From positions 67,022,001-67,086,000 of the forward strand of contig NC_043004.1 of NCBI RefSeq assembly GCF_006345805.1: a stretch of DNA of 64,000 nt. The letters are read 5' to 3'. A model generated the notes under the pieces. It worked only from the letters and a program-made list of their open reading frames with translations, had not been told where the DNA came from and searched no databases. Positions 56,202-64,000 of this stretch are shown here, piece after piece. The position numbers were made by a program, and so were the translations under genes. Source of the DNA: Octopus sinensis (lineage: Eukaryota). Positions within the stretch are counted from its first letter, which is position 1, and every line of letters begins with the position of its first letter.

Positions 56202-56405
56202 CGAGTGGGTGCTGAAAAGTAAAAGAAAGTACAGGAGGATCAGTTAATTTCGATTTTATACAGCATATGCCCCTCTTCAAATTCACACGCCTATTGCAGT
56301 TGTCATACATATTTACTAGGCTCTGTAAAAAAAACTCGGAATCTTGGGTATCTTACCAGGCCTTTCACAACACCATTAAAGCCATGAAACTTTCAGTTCT
56401 CACAG
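56202..56405. mobile_element. Probable mariner-derived MITE
   Basis: Starts CGAGTGGGTGCTGAAAAGT; degenerate inverted end AAACTTTCAGTTCTCAC; about 200 bp. Confidence 0.5.
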
Positions 56406-56433
56406 GCACACACATACACCACCCACAGCTATA

Positions 56434-56543
56434 GAAAAGTCAAAGTCGACCTCGACGGAATTCGTACTCAGAACGTAAAGACAGACGAAATACAGCTAAG
56501 CATTTTTTCCCTGGGTGCTAACGTATCTGCCAGCTCGCCGCCT
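56434..56543 (-). mobile_element. SINE family A, 5' part
   Basis: Reverse complement of 5034-5140. Confidence 0.8.
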
Positions 56544-56619
56544 ATCCAGGCAGTATCTTGGCTGTACTTTGAACGATGCGTTCATGTTGATGGGGTTAGC
56601 TAGTATGTTATTGTGCTAG

Positions 56620-57030
56620 TATGCGTTTATATTCAAGTGGTTAGTAAGTTATCTAACCACTTCAACAAGAACTCATCCTTCAAAATACTGCTACGATATT
56701 CCCTGGATTTACCTGGAATTATACCCAAGTGCCCATACCTTGGGCACTTTGGTATAATGTATAGAGATTTGTCCGTACTTTCAAGAAACTACGGACACAT
56801 CTCTATACACGCTAGAAGAAAAGGTAATGTGAACTTTATTCTCCTGTCTATATACTTCTATCTACTTTTACTTGTTATTCTTGTAGTTTATTCCTGATAA
56901 ACAGTGAATTTCACTGTTTAGAATTTTCATACATACCCACCTTGTGTACATACGTGCTAGCCTATCACTTGGGATATACCAGAAACATCTGTATGTCTTC
57001 ATATTCACTCTACCCTAATTTAATTACTAT
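56620..57030 (+). mobile_element. Decayed relative of the 15885-16430 element
   Basis: Shared blocks with 15885-16430 plus the HHR 3' half TATCACTT.GGATAT.CC.GAAACATCTGTA. The 5' core is missing. Confidence 0.5.
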
Positions 57031-58582
57031 AAATGACTAGAGATACTCGTCCAACCTTGGTTGTTGCTCTCCCTTTCCTCTAGTGTGTGTGTGTGAACGC
57101 ACCACAGAAATAAATCCGCATACACGCGAATATATTGGCCGTAAGTACTACTACACAAAGCACGTTTTACTCCTGACGATTTTATCCCATGGTCTAGCTT
57201 TGAACATTAACCACTGAGAAACTTGTAAACTGGTTTGAAATACTGCTTATATCATAGGGGTAATATTCAATATAATGATAATTATATTCTACTTTTAGCT
57301 CCCTCGCTATATGACTGAATATCTTACACGATGGATTAGGAATTGCATACGATTACAGTCACAAACACAGTAACACATATTATAAATGAATGTATGTATG
57401 AGATAATCTGTGTGCATTTGTGTGTACGCTTGTGCGTGTGTGTGCATTAGTATTTCTTTGTGTGTTTATGCGTTGTTAACGGCACGCACATTTACTTACA
57501 TATATGCAAGTTGGAAAAGAAACTAGTTATTTTGACAGTAGAAAAATCGATATTTCAAAGACCAAAGTGAAGTAGACCAAGATATCTTAGAAGACGATGT
57601 GATGCATATTCTATTTAGGAAATAAACGAATAAATTAAATAAGTAACAACGAACAGACATAAAATGTTAAAAAAAAGAAAAGAAAAATAACATTGTTTAG
57701 ACTAGAAACGTTACTTTGTATTCCCACGGAGCTGAACTGTACAACATTTCTTCATGGATGCCATTGATTATAGAATGTCAAGCAGAAAATTGAGGCATTT
57801 GGTATTTGATTCAATTTATCACACTTGTATGTGGTGCAAGATACGTAAGTTTACTCTAGTCAACTTCAGTTCAGCCGTACATGCTAGTGAATATCTAATA
57901 CACATTTAGCTTGCCTTTGTCTACTGCCATTGTGTCTAATCTGAATAAACTTCGTAATCTAATAAAAGAATGCATTATATATTTCAAATGAAATTGTTCC
58001 GTCGGTATCAATGCTTATTAAGACGTGAATATTTTTTCCTGCTGTTTCCTACTTAAACGTATGTTGGTGTTGTTGTTGTTGATATTTAACCACAGGTCAT
58101 CCGTGATCCAGAATAATTATGAGGAAGGACATTCAAGCAGTAACCAGTGTATTGTTTTGCATATCAGGGACACTACATCATTTAGCTTGTTCTTCCTTTT
58201 TTTTTTCTTTTAATCGAAGTCATACAATAAAACTATGTTATAATAGATTCTTGGTTCATGTTTCGCTCGGGACGAACATCGCGTAGAAATTTCATATGAA
58301 TTATCAATCAATAGAAGTACCTAATTCTAATATAACAATTCGAGAAAAATTAATAGGTATTTGTCATTTCACCTTTCACAAAAATTAAAATCAAAATGCT
58401 GATCAGTGGACTTAATACCACCATGCATTTTGTCAGATGCTCTAATGATTTTTCTACCCCGAATAATAATAACCATTGCAAAGCGTGATAGTATTTACTT
58501 ATAACTGAGGCACAACTGACTATAGAAAGTAAAATAGAAATAAAACGGGGAATTAAGTAATATTTACTGGGATGAATCTAGT

Positions 58583-58977
58583 TACTCTTTTACTATTTTA
58601 CTATTTTGTTTCAGTCATTTGACTGTGGCTACGCTGGACCACCGCCTTTAGTCGAACAAATCTACCCCAAAACTTATTCTTTGTAAGATTCATACTTATT
58701 CTATCGGTCTCTTTTCCCGAACCGCCCATTTACCAGGACGGAAACACATCAGCATCGGTTGTCAAGCGATGTCGAGGGAACAAACACAGACACACAAACA
58801 AATACACACATACGCATATATACATACATACGACGGGCTTTTTGCAATTTCCGTTTACCAAATCCCCACCACAAGGCTATAGTACAAGACACTTGCCCAA
58901 GGTTCCGCGCAGTGGGATAGAACCCGGGACCATGTGGCTGGTAAGCAAGCTATTTACCACGCAGTCATTCCTACGCC
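58583..58977 (-). mobile_element. SINE family B
   Basis: Reverse complement of 27868-28260. Confidence 0.85.
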
Positions 58978-59336
58978 TAGTTAATGATAGGAATTATATT
59001 GTTTTTACCAAGTTATCAGATGCTGTTAAACGACGCTGGTCACATTGCGCCTCCTTGCTATCTAGTGGCTTTCCAATTATACCAACTCGTTTGGTAGACC
59101 GATATTCATAACTGCAGCAATCTAACCATTAGGCCACGTGTTTTCGCTGAATTTAATATAAAATCATCATATGTAGAAGAAACAAAAATTATATAGAAAC
59201 ACGGGAGAGAATCAAAACCAAAGCAAAGACTTGATAGCTCTCAGTAAATGATCTATTCACACACTGAAAACGTTTTCAGAATTCAAGTCGAATCCGTAAA
59301 ACAGTCATATCACTAACTTAAGAGAAAGTAATATAG

Positions 59337-59538
59337 GTTTCAAATTTTGGCACTGAGACCATAAATTTTAGGAGAGGGTAAGTCGATTATATGAGCCCCA
59401 GTGCTCAACTGGTACTTGTTTAATCGACTCCGAAAGAATGAAAGGCAAAGTTGACCCCGGCGGCATTTAAAATCAGGGTAGAGGAAAGGCAGCTGAGTAT
59501 TTTGTCTAACGCGACAACAATCCTGCCAGATCGCCACC
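59337..59538 (-). mobile_element. SINE family A
   Basis: TGGTACTT..ATCGACTCCGAAAG.ATGAAAGGCAAAGTTGACC..CTGCCAGATCGCC is the reverse complement of family A. Confidence 0.8.
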
Positions 59539-61049
59539 CTGAAAGCAAACTATATTGATTTTAGAATAGAAGGGTTGAGGGTCAACAAGAAAATAACGAA
59601 ACGTCTCGCATTGGGCAACAGCTTAGATTTACAGGCAAGGACCAGTTATACGAAGATAGAAGAGAAGATCTAAGAGACTGTACGAGTGTCGCGGCTTATG
59701 AGAAGCCTGTTCCTGTGCTTGTCTTGATGTGCAGAAATCTTTCAGAAAAGGCGTTATTGTTGCTCTTTAAAAATTTGTTCCCGTGCTCGTCGTTGAATTG
59801 TATTTATATGTTTACGAAATTCTCTTTCGATTTTGCTCATTCTCTGTTTGTCTACTTGCTGCCGTATCCTTGCTTGTTGCCATGTCGTTGCTTACAGTCG
59901 TATTCCTGCCTGCTTCTCTGTGAGATATTTCCTTTGATTGCATATATTTGGCTGTTCGGTGAATGAAATGTTTGACAGAGCGTCAATTGCCATAGAAAGG
60001 AATAAAATTAATAAAAAGGAAAGCAAAGTAAACCACCTGCATTTCATGGTCGTATTGCATGTGGCATTGAACAGTATTTGCACCTTGTTTCAGAGGAAAA
60101 AATTGTCTTTTCTTTTTTGTTTTGTTTTGTTTTAAAATACGATATGTTATTTAGTTTCACAATACGTATAGTCAAAGATCTGATTTCGTCATTACGACGA
60201 GACTGATTGGTATGTATTTCTGCCATATCCACAAACCATATAATATGCTTCATGTACGTAAGTAATATGATAAATGTAGAAGTGAATGTTTAAGTAGAAA
60301 TCTTATCCCATTGTGAACGTAAGATTTCAGTAAAATATTTCAACTAAAATTTATTTCATACGGCGGATATGTAAGGATAGAACCAGCTTCGGTGAAAGTA
60401 TGCGTGTGAGTGTATGCCTATGTTCGCTTGTTGGTGCATCTGTGGGTGAATAATTACAGCAATTTCAGTGGAATATGTAATGAATTACCATCGCATTTGA
60501 AATGAGTTTATTTCTATCCTTATATTTCTTTTATGAAATTAAGTAGAAATAAATTATTTAGTACCTCATCGCATGATATTTACCTCTATGTGAAGGATCC
60601 AAAATTGTAAAATACGTCATGCTAATTTTTACGTTGACGATAGAAATATCTGTATCATGGTCAGTCACGTATGCGTCAATTCAGGATCAGTTGATCGAAG
60701 GACAGGGCTCTTTATTGTTGTTTTTTTTCTGTATTGTTACCTTTAACCATGTTTTTTTCTTGTGCTTGTGCGTTTCTAGACGTATGTATGAACTTTTACG
60801 GTACGCGTGTGTGTGTATGAGTTTGTATATACATGCGTATACATTTGGCGAAAAATGGGAGTGAAGATGTGTACGTTTTCATAGTGACGTATAAGTACAC
60901 ACGTTGGTCCGCGAGCGCACATGTGAGCGTATGAGTAGCCATGTTTACGTGTTTACTATGAACTTTTAATCTTAATTTATATAAGTAGCGGAATTATAAC
61001 ACAGTAATTTCTCTTTATATAACGGTATTTTTTCATAGCGTTTTTCAGC

Positions 61050-61222
61050 TGGCCAGATAACCAAAGAGATGGTGTTGTGGATTTCCATATCGGCATCTGC
61101 CACTCAGAGTTTTATCATGACTATTGAATAATTGTAAGATATTATTTTATAGATAAATTTCCTCTATTTACATAATATTGATGTATCTTTCTTTCTTTTG
61201 TTATCTTACCATTTTTACCAAT
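61050..61222 (+). mobile_element. Older copy of the 15685-15856 PLE-like terminus
   Basis: AAGAGATG..CATC..AGTTTTATCATG.CTA..GAATAATTGT..CCTCTATTTA.ATAATAT..TCTTACCATTT is collinear; ends at (TA)n. Confidence 0.75.
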
Positions 61223-62133
61223 ATATATATATATATATATATATGTTAGAAGAAATGAGGTATTCAGAAAATCTTATGGTTTATATGTACAGATATTTAT
61301 TTGTGTATTACATGTTTTTATACATCATATAGCTTAGATCATGTATTAGCGCTTTCTCCCATTCTAGTGGGGTTTTCAATTCAAACTAAGTTCCTGTGTG
61401 AAAAGTTTTGACCATTTTATAATGGTATTGAGTTTGTAGAGGTGGGGAGGAATATAAGACAGTACAAGAGGGTGATGGATGAGGAGAAAGTGAGAGAGAG
61501 AGCATGTGTGTATGTGTGTGTGTGCGTGCGTGTGTGTGTGTTTTTGTATTTTGAATGGGTGCTAAAGAAAAAGAGGGGAAGGGAGAGGGAAGAAGAAGAA
61601 AAGAATTCTTTTTGCTCTGCTGGACAGGATGTTTACTCCAAGGGTCGTCTAAGATCTTGGGGGTAAAGAATTTCAGTTTTGACCATTTCATAGTGTTATT
61701 GAGTGTGTGTTGGCGGGGAGGTAGACCATAAATTATATTTCATTTTATCATTGAGTGTGTGTGTGTGTGTATTTAATAAGGGATGGTCAAATGTTTTTTG
61801 GGGTTTAGAGAAGAAGAATTATTTTTATGATTGTTTTGTGGAGGGGGTGCGTGTGAGTATGTGTGGGGGTGTCTGTGACTTTGGAGAAGGGAAGAGAGAA
61901 AAAAAAGGGAGGAAGGAGAATTATTTGTGTTGATATTTATACCACTATACATGTATATACATACATATACATAAAATATTAGAAAAGGAACACCTTTTAT
62001 CAATTCAAAATGAACAATTAAATTACACCATCTAGAAAATTGCATATCATAGAAAAGTTAAAATTAACATGACAATTAAAAAGTAAAGATTAAAAATAAT
62101 ATAATGTATATAATAGGTAATGTATATAATAGG

Positions 62134-62201
<68 letters not shown>

Positions 62202-62288
62202 TATATATACATATACTAAATGGTCTACTATATTAAATTGTAAATTGAAAGATTTGTCCTTCAATGTATGATGAGTAAAATTTCATAA

Positions 62289-62754
62289 AGTCCATACTTG
62301 AAAAAGAGAGACTCTCCTGTGTTGAAGTTACAAATGACAGAATACAAACTAACAACCACTGAGTATGTTGTCTGATCTTCAACTGATTAAGTCTAATATC
62401 TCACTGATTGACAGTTAAATAAATATTAAGTTTTGTTATACAGGAGCAACTGGTTCCACAAATCAAAGTGAAATGGTTTCATTCAAATATTAGGATAGAC
62501 TTTGTTCAATTTGTATTTTCCAAGAATCAAAGCATGTGTAGAACTCTGTGTGTGTGTGTGTTTAATACAGTCCATACTTGAAAATGAGACTTTCTTGTGT
62601 TGAATTTACAAATGATAGAATAGAAATTGACAACCACTGAGTCTGTTGTCTGATCTTCAACTGATTTAGTCTAATATCTCACTGATTGACAGTTAAATAA
62701 ATATTAAGTTTTATCATACAGGAGCAACTGGTTCCACAAATTAAAGTGAAATGG
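62289..62754. repeat. Tandem duplication (62289-62476 and 62569-62754, period 280)
   Basis: Two highly similar copies, each starting AGTCCATACTTGAAAA. Confidence 0.95.
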
Positions 62755-62835
62755 ATTTTCTAAGTACCTCATTTCTTTTAATATAAAATACCTGTACGTC
62801 ATCTCCAAACGTTTCAATATATATATATATATATA

Positions 62836-62898
<63 letters not shown>

Positions 62899-63012
62899 TG
62901 TGTGTGTGTGTATGTATGTATGTATGTATGTAGGTATGTATGTATGTGTGTGTGTATATATACATGCACAAAATGCGAACACACACACACACACACATAC
63001 ACATGTACTCAC

Positions 63013-63245
63013 TTATCTTTTACATGTTTCAGTCATTTGAATGCAGCCATGCTGAAGCAGCGCCTTTAGTCGAGCACATCGATCCCAGGTCTTATTCTTT
63101 GTAAGCCTAGTACTTATTCTATCGGTATATTTTTACCGAACCGCTAAGTTACGGGGACGTAAACACATCAGCATCGGTTGTCAAGCGATGTTGGGGGGAC
63201 AAACACAGACACACAAACACACATGCACACAAACATACACACACG

Positions 63246-63277
<32 letters not shown>

Positions 63278-63456
63278 AATAAATTCATATATAAGATGGG
63301 CTTCTTTCAGTTTCCGTCTACCGAATCCACTCACAAGGCTTTGGTCAGCCCGAGGCTATAGTAGAAGACACCTGCACAAGGTGCCATGCAGTGGGAATGA
63401 ACCAGGAAACATCTGGTCAGCAAGCAAGCTACTTACCACACAGCCACACCTGCGCC
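63013..63456 (-). mobile_element. SINE family B, full length
   Basis: Minus strand runs GGCGCAGGTGTGGCTGTGTGGTAAGTAGC to CAAATGACTGAAACA. Confidence 0.9.
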
Positions 63457-64000
63457 TATACAACCACTCCTATATATATATATATATACGCATAAGCGTG
63501 CATTACGGAAACTACAACACTCGGGTGTTCATATAATTAATTAGTGAAGTATAAAATAAAGAATTCACCTAATTACCTTTCACTTACTTGGTAGCGTCAC
63601 CTGGAGATAATAACTTCAAGCTTACACATTCCTTATATAATCATAAAGTTTTGTCCTGTTGGTTTATATTTGCTTCAGCCGTCTTCTAATTTAATTGCAC
63701 AACACCTCTATGTCATGTAACGAAATGAATTCCGTGATTTAAATAATTGGAGAAACAGAAAAATTCAGTGATCAAATCAGAAAAGAATTATGTAGATTAA
63801 ATTAATTTTTTATTCATATTTTTGTATATATTATTATAAATATTCATTTAGTCGATGTCAAATCTATTAGGAAAATTTCAGAGATAACCGTAGCAATATT
63901 ACGTTCATGATTCAGGCTTTTGTAGCTGAAGGAATACTTAATGAAGTACACCCGCCTATACATAACTATAGTATTATATTGTCTAATACAAACATCACAA

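Noticed and set aside
57168-57235. CTGACGA...GAAACTTGTA hammerhead
   Set aside because: No credible stem I or stem II.
62321-62383. SECIS or C/D snoRNA
   Set aside because: The inner stem pairs out of register for the UGAN/NGAN quartet, and there is no RUGAUGA box C.

Overview
AT-rich, microsatellite-saturated eukaryotic DNA ((TA)n, (CA)n, (CATA)n, (TAA)n, (TCTA)n). The SINE types and repeat density suggest a coleoid cephalopod such as Octopus, but that is inference. I found no host protein-coding gene, and most listed ORFs are translated microsatellites. All recognisable coding sequence is transposon-derived: an internally deleted Helitron with PIF1 helicase, a full-length decayed mariner plus fragments, a 5'-truncated Penelope-like element (PLE) with an uninterrupted thumb+GIY-YIG ORF, CR1-group LINE RT, and R4/Dong endonuclease remnants in (TAA)n tracts. 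Non-coding elements include several SINE families and MITEs. The main hidden signal is structural RNA: more than ten type I hammerhead ribozyme (HHR) motifs from about nine sequence families, four with both core motifs and a well-paired stem I. They sit in short elements inserted in (TA)n tracts, often as fold-back repeats. Three elements, two of them HHR-bearing, share a 17-nt subterminal motif, and several HHRs have recurrent non-canonical core junctions. All folds and alignments were done by eye; no search or folding program was run.
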